A stretch of 46,823 bases of DNA from Leidyana gryllorum EB-2025a (GCA_048772705.1 JBLWGC010000226.1:1-46823); one strand, 5' to 3'. Shown: positions 31,570-42,013, counted from the first letter of the stretch. Notes: a model not told the origin generated them from the letters alone. Numbers and translations are program-made.

Positions 31570-31651
31570 CGACAACTGCTGGATTTGAACCAGCGCGGGC
31601 CAGGCCCAGTAGATTTCAAGTCTACCCCCTTAACCACTCGGGCAAGTTGCC
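31570..31651 (-). tRNA. trnS: tRNA-Ser(TGA)
   Basis: Complete, 82 nt. Confidence 0.92.
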
Positions 31652-32330
31652 AACTGTCGAATTCGACATGCCGCGAGGAGTGACCAAATACCCCCATGTT
31701 CAGCCTGTCCTGCGGCATTTATAGGTGTCTAAACTCACCTCTCGCGTGCAAAGTCACCGCTCTACCACTTGAGTAGCTGCCCACCCGCCAAACCTAGGTG
31801 AATTTCCCACGTGAGATCGATCACAGTTTTCTGGCGCCTCATTCGTCAGTGCAACTGTTGTGACTCGTCCACTGTAGTCTAAGTGGCTAGGATATGCGGC
31901 TTTCACCCGCACGATCCGGATTCAAGTCCCGGCAGTGGAAGTCATTAGAGTACTCGATCAAAGTGCTCTTGTGTCAATAGGGACTGATGCGTGACTCCCG
32001 GCTTGTATTGCCTTCTTAGCTTAGGGGCAGAGCATTCGCTTAAGCGAAAGGTTGCCGGTTCGATTCCGGCAGAAGGTTTTGCTCACAAGCTTAAGCTTTT
32101 CGGGCTGGTCTCTCGGTCTCGATAACGACCTGAGGGGGTTGCAAAATTCTCAGGCCTTTTCTGCCCCCATTCGTCAGTGCAACTTTGGTGACGTGTCCAC
32201 TATGGTCTCGGTGGCTAGTATATGTGGCGCCAACCCGCACCATCCCGGTTCGAGTCTCGGCAGCGCAAATGCAGATGGGTGTGCTTGTAGTCGACCGTTC
32301 CATTCCCCTCCCCCGACACTTGCCTCCTTA

Positions 32331-32411
32331 TGCGAGAAGTGGGGTTCGAACCCAGGCGGAATTGACCAATGGATCTTAAGGCCACCCCCTTAACCTCTCG
32401 GGCATTCTCGC
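32331..32411 (-). tRNA. trnL: tRNA-Leu(TAA), T-stem mismatch
   Basis: GCGAGAA...CT-TAA-GA...TTCTCGCA. Confidence 0.75.
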
Positions 32412-32669
32412 AATGCAGCGTCGAAATAAGTAGTCTGGGGTTTCTGCGGGTAGCCAGTGCCCTTTCAAGGCGGGAGAAAGATACTCACGACCATGTGAGT
32501 GGGGTCTGAGAATAGCGCCTTACCCACTAGGGCATCTTGCCACATACTGGTAGGCGCAAGTCTGCATGGGTGCGGGTCCCATTCTGCGCAATGGTACTCA
32601 TTTCAGGACGAATTAGCCACACTTCGAGTTTACGGCTGTACGTAGCCGGTTGTATCCCCCTTCCCATTC

Positions 32670-32741
32670 GGCTGTTTGGTCTAGTGGTATGATTCTTCCT
32701 TTGGGTGGAAGAAGTCCTGGGTTCGATTCCCAGAACAGCCC
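32670..32741 (+). tRNA. trnP: tRNA-Pro(TGG)
   Basis: Complete cloverleaf. Confidence 0.92.
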
Positions 32742-32881
32742 TCTTGGTCGTCGGTTGACCCGACGGGACAAGTTGCCCTCAGAACCAACACAGCATTTCA
32801 TTAGCCCACTTTGGTAGGGCAGTCAGGGCAACCAACATCTCGAGAATTGCATTTCGGCTACTTCTTCCATGTTGCAGACTC

Positions 32882-32952
32882 AGCAGTGTAGCTCAGTGAA
32901 AAGTGTTGGGCTCGTAATCCAAAGGTCCGTCGATCGAAACGACGCACTGCTA
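32882..32952 (+). pseudogene. initiator-tRNA body with CGT anticodon, D-loop deletion
   Basis: TTGGG-CT-CGT-AA-TCCAA; ATCGAAA T-loop. Confidence 0.68.
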
Positions 32953-33200
32953 AGTTTGCGCAGAAGGGGAACAGTTATAGAATAGATTGCCTCGCGAGCA
33001 AAGCCTTCTGCCCGAATCGAACCGGCGACCTTTCACTTACTAAGCGAATGCTCTGCCCCAAGCTAAGAAGGCAATGTTAACTGGACATCACGAATGAGTC
33101 CCTATTGACGGAAGTTACTGAAGCACATTGTTCCACCACTTAATACTTTCACTGCTCCACCCACCGGCAAATAGGGTGTAACTAAGTTTAGAGCTTTCTT

Positions 33201-33273
33201 GCCGCCCTAGCTCAGTCGGTAGAGCGCAAGACTTTTAATCTTACAGTCGCGGGTTCGAGCCCCGCGGGCGGTG
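33201..33273 (+). tRNA. trnK: tRNA-Lys(TTT)
   Basis: Loop CT-TTT-AA; one stem mismatch. Confidence 0.8.
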
Positions 33274-33333
33274 CAAATCAATGTCTCTGGGAGTAGGAGT
33301 GGAACCGTTGCCTACAAGCACACTCTCCTGGAT

Positions 33334-33406
33334 TTCCACTGCCGGGACTTGAACCCGGATCGTGCGGGTGAGAGCCGCATATCCTAGCCACTTAGACTAC
33401 AGTGGA
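33334..33406 (-). tRNA. trnE: tRNA-Glu(CTC)
   Basis: Complete cloverleaf. Confidence 0.92.
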
Positions 33407-33819
33407 CAACTTGCTCAGCTGCAGCTTTGGACGAAAGCCGTACCATCTTGAGATGAGATGGAGCGTCAGGTCAACCGACAAGCAACGGGGCTGTTCTGGG
33501 AATCGAACCCAGGACTTCTTCCACCCGAAGGAAGAATCATACCACTAGACCAAAGAGCCGCCTGTCGGTCGTGCAACCCGCTGAGTACAGTTGAGATAGT
33601 GGTCATACTATGTTGAGAACCAACAAATGCGATGGGGTCTGCACAACAAAATGGAAAGACTTTTGGAGTTGGAGGCCGGCGTATTTAGAGCGGCCGAGAT
33701 AGTCTAGTGGTTAGTATTTCCGCCTGACACTCGGAAGACCCGGGTTCGATTCCCGGTCTCGGAGCGCAGGTGGTTTCGCTTAAGATTCTCTCCTTTGGTT
33801 CTCGCTGAAAGTTGCGAGC

Positions 33820-33892
33820 TACAGCCACCGAGGATCGAACTCGGGACCTTCTGCGTGTGAAGCAGACGTCGTAACCACTAGACCATGGCTGC
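33820..33892 (-). tRNA. trnV: tRNA-Val(CAC)
   Basis: Complete cloverleaf. Confidence 0.92.
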
Positions 33893-34466
33893 ACGGCAGG
33901 TCCCGCAGACCAAAGCAAGTGGGGAGGTTTCACGAAGTAGTGAGGATTAGTTTCAAGGTCGCGGCGGGAATCGAACCCAGGTCGGGAGATTCAAAGTCTA
34001 CAGTGCTAACCACTACACCACGCAACCGATTTAGCCCTTCGCAAAGAGTTGATAGAGCCATCCGGACTAGAGCTTCCCCACACATGCAAAACGGGTTTTT
34101 CTACTAACCTCCGAAATATTCAACTGGCTCATGTAGCGCAGTGGGCAAAGCGTGTGATTGTTAAATACTAAGTCGCAGGTCCGCGGTCTCAGGCACCCTA
34201 GACCGTATTGCGATGCCAAAGTCTATCCAAGGGCTACAGGGCACAATCAAAGGCTCTCAACTCGGTAAATACATAGCGGCAGGTGCTCCAAGACCGGGAA
34301 TCGAACCCGGGTCTTCCGCGTGACAGGCGGAATACTGACCACTATACTATCTCGGACGCTAGTAAACACGCCGGCCTCCAACCCCAGAAGTCCTCGCATT
34401 TTGAGCGGGCAGTGGCCTACGGCCGCGGTAGGTGCTCATCTTCACCGCCTTCCGTGACTACCTACC

Positions 34467-34539
34467 GCCCCGGTAGCTCAGTTGAGAGAGCGCCAGACTG
34501 AAGATCTGGAAGTCCCGTGTTCGATCCACGGCCGAGGCA
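34467..34539 (+). tRNA. trnF: tRNA-Phe(GAA), imperfect (C4.A69, D-loop G>A)
   Basis: CCAGA-CT-GAA-GA-TCTGG with native T-arm CCGTG/CACGG. Confidence 0.75.
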
Positions 34540-35236
34540 GAGAGGTTGTGATATTTGGTGTCATCCCTCACAGCCGTGCGACTCCAGCTTGCCAGCAGCG
34601 TTCCGCAGATTCTCAACGGACAATCGTCCACTCATCAAGCAGGGCATGCAATAGCTCTTCTAAGTTGGAGACCGCTAGCTCAAAAGGGAGAGTGCTCATT
34701 GACATGCCAGATGAGATCGATAGACAGGTCGTCCAACTTGCATACGGCTGCACCTGCGGGAACTCAGTCCGCGTTACGACCTCAGCACGGTCGCATTTTG
34801 CCGTCAGACCACAAGTGCAGTCGAAAGATCGACAGAGGCTGTAGCACTCACAGAGACACGAGGAGAGTGTTGGGCTCATGACCCAAAGTTCCGTCGATCG
34901 AAACGACGCACTGGTGAGCGCCCGCAGGGGGACACACTTATAGAAATGATTCACAGGCGTCTTTTCTTCGAGAGCTCCCCGACCTGGTATCGACCCCCGC
35001 ACATTTGGCCTGCAAAGTCACCTCTCTGGCACTTGGGATAGCCGCCTATCCGCTAAACCCAAGCGAACTTTTCCAGCCTCGGTTCCTCAACAGTGGCACT
35101 TCGAGCCCTCAAGCTCAACACTGCGGCACAGATCGCGGTGGCCTGCGGTGCCAAACTTGAGTTTGGATGGCGCAAGTCTGCATGGCTCCGAATGGCAGCC
35201 ACTCTTCTCGATTCCACGGTTGAGCGGGACCACGAG

Positions 35237-35309
35237 AACGGTGGGCGGGACTCGAACCCACAACCTTTGCCTCCGGAGGGCAACACGCTATCCATTGCGC
35301 CACCACCGC
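35237..35309 (-). tRNA. trnR: tRNA-Arg(CCG), single copy in window
   Basis: TTGCC-CT-CCG-GA-GGCAA. Confidence 0.85.
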
Positions 35310-35768
35310 ACAACGCACAGCCTCACTGTTTAAACACCTGAGTCGTCAGTATCGCCTGGCCCCACTGGTTCGAATCTAGCAGCTGTCGAGTGACGTGGTA
35401 GGCGGAGTTCGAAAGACTCGTTATCGTATTTGAGACAGGGGATGCGTGTATCAACTCTCCTAGACCCTCGTCAGCGGCTAGCAAAAAGGCTGTTTTAGGA
35501 ATCGAACCCAGGACTCCTTCCACCCCCTAAGCAAGGATCATACCACTAGACCGAACAGCCGAATGTTAGGGGGATCCACGATGTAATGGCCAATTCCGCC
35601 CTGGAATGAGTACCGTTGCACAGAATGGGATTCGCACCCATGCAGACTTGCGCCTACCAGAATGTGGCAAGATGCCCTAGTGGGCAAGGCGCTGTGTTCA
35701 GACCCCACTCACATGGTCGGCACTGGCTACCCGTAGGAACCCCAGACTACTTATTTCGATGCTGCATT

Positions 35769-35849
35769 GCGAGAATGCCCGAGAGGTTAAGGGGGTGGCC
35801 TTAAGATCCACTGGTTAATTCCGCGTGGGTTCGAACCCCACTTCTCGCA
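35769..35849 (+). tRNA. trnL: tRNA-Leu(TAA)
   Basis: 81 nt, paired acceptor and T stems. Confidence 0.82.
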
Positions 35850-36115
35850 TAAGGAGGCAAGTGTCGGAGGGGGAATCGGATGACAATGCAACCATTGACA
35901 AGAGCGGGATTCGAACCCACGCCCTTTCGAACTGCGGCCTTAACACAGCGCCTTGATCCACTCGGCCATCATGCCGGAGTGTTCTTGGCTCGCCACTTGA
36001 CAGATTTTCTTTTCGTGAAGTGTCGAGAAGGGAGGACCCGGGTACGATTCCCGGTCTTGGAGACACTTAGTTTTTCCGCTTTAGATTTCGTGGTGCTCAC
36101 CTGAAAAATGCGACT

Positions 36116-36188
36116 TACAGCCACCGAGGATCGAACTCGGGACCTTCTGCGTGTTAAGCAGACGTCGTGACCACTAGACCATGGCTGC
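36116..36188 (-). tRNA. trnV: tRNA-Val(AAC)
   Basis: Complete cloverleaf. Confidence 0.9.
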
Positions 36189-36251
36189 AGCGAAGGTCCC
36201 GCAGACCACGAGAAGTGGCGAGGCTTCACGGAAAAGTGAAGACCAGTTTCG

Positions 36252-36323
36252 AGGTCGCGCCGGGAATCGAAGCTAGGTCGGGAGATTTAGAGTCTCCAGT
36301 GCTAACCACTACACCACGTAACC
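36252..36323 (-). pseudogene. tRNA-Gln body with CTA (amber) anticodon, damaged T-stem/B-box
   Basis: GGAGA-CT-CTA-AA-TCTCC; T-arm CTAGC-TTCGATT-CCCGG. Confidence 0.78.
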
Positions 36324-36590
36324 GTTTCAGTCCTTCCCAAAAAAGAGTTGGTAGAGCCATCCGGACTAGCGCTCCTCAACTGGACACATGCAACACGCGT
36401 CTCTCTACTGACCTTTGAAATATTGTAATCGGCTCTTGTGTCTTAGTCGGCAGAGTGTGTGTTTGTAAAATACAAACTCGGAAATCCGGGCTCAGAGGCA
36501 ACCTTCACACATACTGCGATGCCCAGGTCTACGAGGCACAATTATCTCAGCTCGGGAAATAAATAGCGGCAGGTGAAGCCGTACGAAGTT

Positions 36591-36663
36591 TGGACGACCT
36601 GGGCATCGATCCCAGTACCTCTCGCATGCTAAGCGAGCGCTCTACCATTTGAGCTAGTCGCCC
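36591..36663 (-). tRNA. trnA: tRNA-Ala(AGC)
   Basis: Complete cloverleaf. Confidence 0.92.
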
Positions 36664-36746
36664 GTTGTGCAGATTCCATCGATTTTTTTGTTCTCAACAT
36701 CGTATGACCACTCTCTCGATTGTACTCAGCGGGTTGCTCGACCGAC

Positions 36747-37560
36747 TGTTATATCCGCAGTCGGGCGTACGACCGGATTCAAGGTAGCACAAGCGACATG
36801 AACTGATCAAGAACATGAACTGATCAGCTGAAGAGCTAAGCTTAGTGTGGTAGTGCTGTCGTAGGGCGAGTGGATCAGCAGGCTCGACTCCGAGTCCCGG
36901 TTCAACCTATGAGTGTGTCCCATAACTATCGGGTGCCTCACTATCGGGTTCCGGATTCTGACTCTATGTGATTCCGCCAGTGGGATGAACATCCATCTAG
37001 ATACTTCCCTACATATTTGGCACTTATATAGGGAGTACCTCTGAAAAGGGGGACGACCTATCACCTACGGAATCCCTGCTACCACTACCACGCCCGTGCC
37101 CTACTACGACCTACACACACGCCCGCTACCACACGCTACCGTCCCGACTACGACCCTTGGCCCTACAGTCACCTCCCGGCGTACTCTACCTCGCCCTCAG
37201 GACGTACGCCTCGACGACCCGACTAGGGTCCGGACTCTAGCTGGTATTGGGGTTTTGGCTCGACGCTACGGCTACAGCTACTACTCAGTTGGACAGCCCT
37301 AGGCTGGACGACGCCAGCGTAGAGTCGCAGCGGACGGCGAGAGGACACGGACACAGGACCGACGGTCAGAGTTCTACAACAACAGGATACAAGAAGTCTT
37401 TTCCCCGGAAGACTCAGGTAGTCCTCGTGTTGTCTTTTCCGTGTGCGGCTCGTCCGCAATGCATGAAATATTTCTTCCAACTATGTCCTTCAGAATACCC
37501 GGGACGGAGGGTCCGGACGACAAGCCATCGTTCTGGAGAGTGGGAGCACGGCAAATAACA
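36747..37560 (-). mobile_element. Solo LTR (814 bp) of an LTR retrotransposon, inserted 9 bp upstream of tRNA-Pro(CGG)
   Basis: TGTTAT...ATAACA termini; CCGAC duplicated at 36742-36746 and 37561-37565; empty paralogous sites (e.g. ~5712, ~15362) have one CCGAC; strand inferred only from TATATAA at 37024-37030. Confidence 0.88.
36796..36826 (+). repeat. 14 bp direct repeat (period 17) inside the LTR
   Basis: ACATGAACTGATCA-AGA-ACATGAACTGATCA. Confidence 0.8.
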
Positions 37561-37569
37561 CCGACAGCC

Positions 37570-37641
37570 GGCTGTTTGGTCTAGTGGTATGATTCTTCCT
37601 TCGGGTGGAAGAAGTCCTGGGTTCGATTCCCAGAACAGCCC
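37570..37641 (+). tRNA. trnP: tRNA-Pro(CGG)
   Basis: Complete cloverleaf immediately beside the LTR. Confidence 0.92.
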
Positions 37642-37862
37642 CGTTGGTTGTCGGTTGACCCGACGCTCTATCTCATCTCAAGATGGTACGGCTCTCGTCC
37701 AAAGCTGCAGCTGAGGAAGTTGTCCACTGTAGTCTAAGTGGCTAGGTTATGCGGCTCTCACCCGTACATCCGGGTTCAAGACCCGGCAGTGGAAGCTACT
37801 CGAGCAAAGTGCCCCAGTAATCCCCGTCAATAGTAACTGATTCTTGATCTTCGGCCTGGATT

Positions 37863-37934
37863 GCCTTCTTAGCTTAGTGGCAGAGCATTCGCTTAGTAAG
37901 CGAAAGGTCGCCGGTTCGATTCCGGCAGAAGGCT
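37863..37934 (+). tRNA. trnT: tRNA-Thr(AGT)
   Basis: Complete cloverleaf. Confidence 0.9.
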
Positions 37935-38133
37935 CGACTGCATCGACTAGGCACCTGCAAAGCTTAAAGTCTCTCAAGCTCCAATCATCGTAGCTGAGCC
38001 TCGTAGCTCAGCCAGCAGAGGGTAAGTCTCGTAGCCACAAAGTCGCAGACTGGAACCTGCCAGTACCTGAGGCACCCACTAGCTCAACGCAAGCAGCGGC
38101 CGGGTCTCGGGGTGCTGAAGCTCTTACTCAAGT

Positions 38134-38204
38134 GCACTTGTGGTCCAAGGGTAGGATGCGAGCTTCCTATGCTCGCAGCCCGGGTTCGAGTCCCGGCAGG
38201 TGCA
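38134..38204 (+). tRNA. tRNA-Gly(CCC) body with CCT (Arg AGG-reading) anticodon
   Basis: Identical to 24144-24214 except C36>T at 38168. Confidence 0.85.
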
Positions 38205-38283
38205 GCCGATCGTACAGACTTGACCATGGCAGCAACGATATTTTCAACATTCCGGGGCGAAGAGCAATGCACTTTAGACTGCT

Positions 38284-38355
38284 TGTCCGAGCCAGGAATC
38301 GAGCCTGGGTTTGCACGGCCACAACGTGCTGTCCTAACCACTAGACGACTCGGAC
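38284..38355 (-). tRNA. trnH: tRNA-His(GTG)
   Basis: Identical to 13430-13501. Confidence 0.85.
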
Positions 38356-38653
38356 AACCTTTGAGCGAGGCTGTAGATGTAGCGAAGCATCGATCAGGGT
38401 GGAAAGGAACAGGAGTGTCAGACGAACTACGTTGTAAGAAGTCCACTCCTCAACTCCCGGCGGGACGGAATTTGCTCGTCGAATATTTGACGCCACCACT
38501 ACAATCAGATGGGTTGTAATGTAAGCACCCCGGGCCGTGAGAGTACTTCGGGGCGGTACACCGCACCCAGAACGACATCTTCAACCCCAAAAGCCTCCCT
38601 TCTCGAGACTTCACGAACAGGAAACGTGTAAAGTGGCGAGCCAAGAACACTCC

Positions 38654-38733
38654 GGCAAGATGGCCAAGTGGTCCAAGGCGCTGTGTTAAGGCCGCGGTCC
38701 GAAAGGGCGTGGGTTCGAATCCCACTCTTGTCA
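38654..38733 (+). tRNA. trnL: tRNA-Leu(AAG)
   Basis: Loop TT-AAG-GC; minor substitutions. Confidence 0.8.
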
Positions 38734-38801
38734 GCCGTTGTATCGGCCCTCGGTCAGCCACTGGATGCAATAGGTCTTCCATGTAGAGCGGATGAGCGGA
38801 T

Positions 38802-38874
38802 GGGCGGCTAGCTCAGATGGTAGGGCGCTCGCTTCGCATGCGAGAGGTATTGGGATCGATACCCAGGTCGTCCA
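38802..38874 (+). tRNA. trnA: tRNA-Ala(CGC)
   Basis: 73 nt, one D-stem A>G. Confidence 0.83.
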
Positions 38875-38989
38875 AAGTACGTACGGCTGCACGTGGCGGG
38901 ATCCAAACAAACTTACATCTTTGAAGGGTCGCGGACCACAAGTGCCATTCGGAGAGCAGCGCAGTCAGTGTTTAGTGTGCCTCTGAAAC

Positions 38990-39062
38990 CGGTCCTGGCA
39001 GGTGTCGAACCTGCGACTTTGTGGTTAACAGCCACACGCTCTGCCGACTGAGCTACAAGACC
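38990..39062 (-). tRNA. trnN: tRNA-Asn(GTT)
   Basis: Complete; T-loop TTCGACA. Confidence 0.85.
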
Positions 39063-39332
39063 CAGCTACAATGGTTCAGAGGTTAGTATAGAGATCCTCC
39101 TTTTTCTACCGCAGGATTCTGCAATCACGTCTTGTCAAGACGGTGCTCTCGGCCGAAGCCCCAACTCAACCACTCGTCCACTGTAGTCTGAGTGGCTAGG
39201 ATATGCGGCTTCTGCCCGCACGATCCGGGTACAAGTCCCGGGAGTGGAAATCCAGCTCATTGTTCCACCGGTCGAACGGATGCAGGGCTCCACCCAACGG
39301 CAAATAGGGTGTAACTCAGTTCAGAGCTTCGT

Positions 39333-39405
39333 TGCCGCCCGCGGGGCTCGAACCCGCGACTTCCAGATCTTCAGTCTGGCGCTCTCCCAACTGAGCTACC
39401 GAGGC
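39333..39405 (-). pseudogene. Second Phe/Lys chimeric tRNA
   Basis: Reverse complement of 19564-19636. Confidence 0.85.
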
Positions 39406-39632
39406 ACTAGGTAGTCATGGAAGGCGGTGAAAATAAGCACTTACCGCGGCCGGCCACTCCTCGCCTCACGCCGGAATCGACAGTTGCCAACTTGCCCGAG
39501 TGGGGAAGGGGGGTAGATTTGAATTCTACTGGGCCTGGACAGATCCAGTAGTTGTCGTGCGATGTGGTTGGAGGGTTAAACACCAACTCACGCTTGAATT
39601 TCTGAATGGTGGAAAAGCAACCATGTGTCATC

Positions 39633-39703
39633 TGCATCTGCCGGGAATCGAACCCGGGTCGTCTCAATGGCAACGAGACATTCTACCACTAGACCACAGA
39701 TGC
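39633..39703 (-). tRNA. trnG: tRNA-Gly(GCC)
   Basis: 71 nt, one C>T in anticodon stem. Confidence 0.82.
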
Positions 39704-39783
39704 GTGACACCTTGTTGTTGAAGCTCGTACACGGTAACGGCCGTTTTCTGAACGAATGGAATGTCCGTGGCGTGTTCAGAGCG

Positions 39784-39855
39784 TCCGAGATAGTATAGTG
39801 GTTAGTATTTCCGCCTGTCACGCGGAAGACCCGGGTTCGATTCCCGGTCTCGGAG
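39784..39855 (+). tRNA. trnD: tRNA-Asp(GTC)
   Basis: Complete cloverleaf. Confidence 0.93.
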
Positions 39856-39910
39856 CACAGTTGATCTCGCTTAAGATTGTCTTTTTTGGTGCCCGCTGAA
39901 AGTTGCGAGC

Positions 39911-39983
39911 TACAGCCACCGAGGATCGAACTCGGGACCTTCTGCGTGTTAAGCAGACGTCGTAACCACTAGACCATGGCTGC
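39911..39983 (-). tRNA. trnV: tRNA-Val(AAC)
   Basis: Complete cloverleaf. Confidence 0.92.
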
Positions 39984-40308
39984 ATGGATGGTCCCCGCAG
40001 CCCAAGAGAAGTGGCGAAGCTTCAGGGAGTAGTGAGGACCAGTTCAAGGGTCGCGCCGGGATCGAACCCAGGTCGGAAAATCCAAAGTGTCGAGTGCTAA
40101 CCACCAAGGACGCAACCGGTTCAGCCCATCCCAGAAGAGTCGGACTAGCGCTTCCTCAACTGGACACATGCAACACGGGTCTCTCTACTAACCTCTGAAG
40201 TATTGTAACTGGCTTTTGTATACAGCCCCCAGCGTAAAGAGTTGGATTCGAGTCGGCCAAAATCCCCAGTTCAATCATTGAAGCAGATGCGCTCTCCCCG
40301 AATGCTAC

Positions 40309-40390
40309 CGACAAGGGTGAGATTCGAACTCACGCGGGTAGAACCCAACGGCTTAGCAGGCCGTCGCCTTAACCACTCGGCCACCTTGCC
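40309..40390 (-). tRNA. trnS: tRNA-Ser(GCT)
   Basis: ACGGC-CT-GCT-AA-GCCGT, complete. Confidence 0.92.
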
Positions 40391-40840
40391 GAGAGTGGAA
40401 CGGGCTACGCCTTCCATCGGGAATCCCGTGCGAATTGGTAGTGCTCCTTCTCCGTGCAGAAAGGTCTGAGCGGCCGCTTCAATCCCAGTCATGGGGTTTT
40501 GCTGAACACATCAGTCGGCTCCTTTGGCTAGTGACTGTTCACCTCAACTCTGAAGCGGTCGCGTATTTCAGGCGGCCAGAGCGTGAGCCTAATGAGTTCT
40601 GAGTCCGCGGTTGGAGCCCGTGCGTGACCAAGTGAGTGCATCTCTGATACAGCTTCGCCCTGTACCCGAGGAAGGCCCAAGATTCAACGATCAATACGAA
40701 TGGAATTTGTTACTAAGTCCGAGCTTCGTCGCCGCCCCAAGTCCGTCGATAGAGCTCAAGACTCAATGGTGGAGAGTCCTAGTCAAACTTGCTGAACCGT
40801 ATGTGGAGCCACTGGCCGCAAAATGCCGAGTTGAACAGGT

Positions 40841-40922
40841 GGCAACTTGCCCGAGTGGTTAAGGGGGTAGACTAGAAATCTACTGGGCCTGGCCCGCGCT
40901 GGTTCAAATCCAGCAGTTGTCG
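40841..40922 (+). tRNA. trnS: tRNA-Ser(AGA)
   Basis: Complete, 82 nt. Confidence 0.92.
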
Positions 40923-40986
40923 TGCGATGTGGTGGAAATGATGCAATTCCCAGCATCAAAAACTCATATGGGTCGAGACAGGGAAT

Positions 40987-41057
40987 GCCTCCTTAGCTTA
41001 GGGGCAGAGCATTCGCTTTGTAAGCGAAAGGTCGCTGTTCGATTCCGGCAGGAGGCT
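40987..41057 (+). pseudogene. trnT: tRNA-Thr(TGT), 1 nt T-stem deletion
   Basis: Loop TT-TGT-AA; T-stem shortened. Confidence 0.7.
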
Positions 41058-41755
41058 TCAGTCATTAGCCTAAACATGGTTGCGATCCTCTGCCCGCATT
41101 TCGGACGGCGGCTTGCACACAGCACTCGGCCATCTTGCCGGAGTGTTCTTGGCTCGCCGTTCCACCCATTTCCTCTCGGTGAAATCTCAAAATGCGAGGA
41201 CTTCTGGGGTTGGAGGCCGGCGAGTTTACTAGCGTCCGAGATATTATAGTGGTCAGTATTTCCGCCTGTCACGCGGGATACCCTGGTTCGATTCCCGGTC
41301 TCGGGACACAGATGGCTTCGCTGAAGATTCTCTCTTTTAGTTCTCGCTGAACGTCGCGAGCTACAGCCACCGAGGACCGAACTCGGGACCTTTTGGGTGT
41401 TGAGCAGACGTCGTAACCACTATACCGTTGACTGCATGAATGGGCCCCGCAGCCCAAGAGGAGTGGCGAAGTTTTACGGAGCAGTGAAGACCAGTTCCAA
41501 GGTCGCGCCGGAAATCGAACCCAGGTCGGGAGATTCAGAGTCTCCAGTGCTAACCACTCACCACGCAACCGCTTCAGCCCATCCCAGAAGAGTCGGTAGA
41601 ACTATCCGGACTAGCCCTTTCTCAAATGAACACACGCAACACGAGTCTCTCTACTGACCGCTGAAATAATTAATTGGCTCCTGTATATAGCGCCCAGCGT
41701 AGAGCGTTCTATTTGAGTCGGACAATCATTGAAGCACGCTCTCCGCGAATGCTAC

Positions 41756-41854
41756 CGACAAGGGTGAGATTCGAACTCACGCGAGATTCGAACTCACGCG
41801 GGTGGAACCCAACGGCTTAGCAGGCCGCCGCCTTAACCGCTCGGCCACCTTGCC
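41756..41854 (-). pseudogene. trnS: tRNA-Ser(GCT) with 17 bp tandem duplication across the T-arm
   Basis: GAGATTCGAACTCACGC x2 at 41766-41799. Confidence 0.82.
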
Positions 41855-42013
41855 GAGAGTGTAACTGATTACATCCTCCCTCGGGAAGGAAACGAATCGG
41901 CGACCTTTCGCTTACTAAGCGAATGCTCCCCTAAGCTAAGAAAGCAATACAGGCCGCAGATCACGAATGAGTCACTGTTGAGGGGGATTACTGGAGCACT
42001 TCGCTCAAGTAGC

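Noticed and set aside
36807-37558. Short ORFs inside the 814 bp element as gag or transposase
   Set aside because: At most 103 aa with no gag, RT, IN or DDE motifs; termini and 5 bp TSD fit a non-coding solo LTR.
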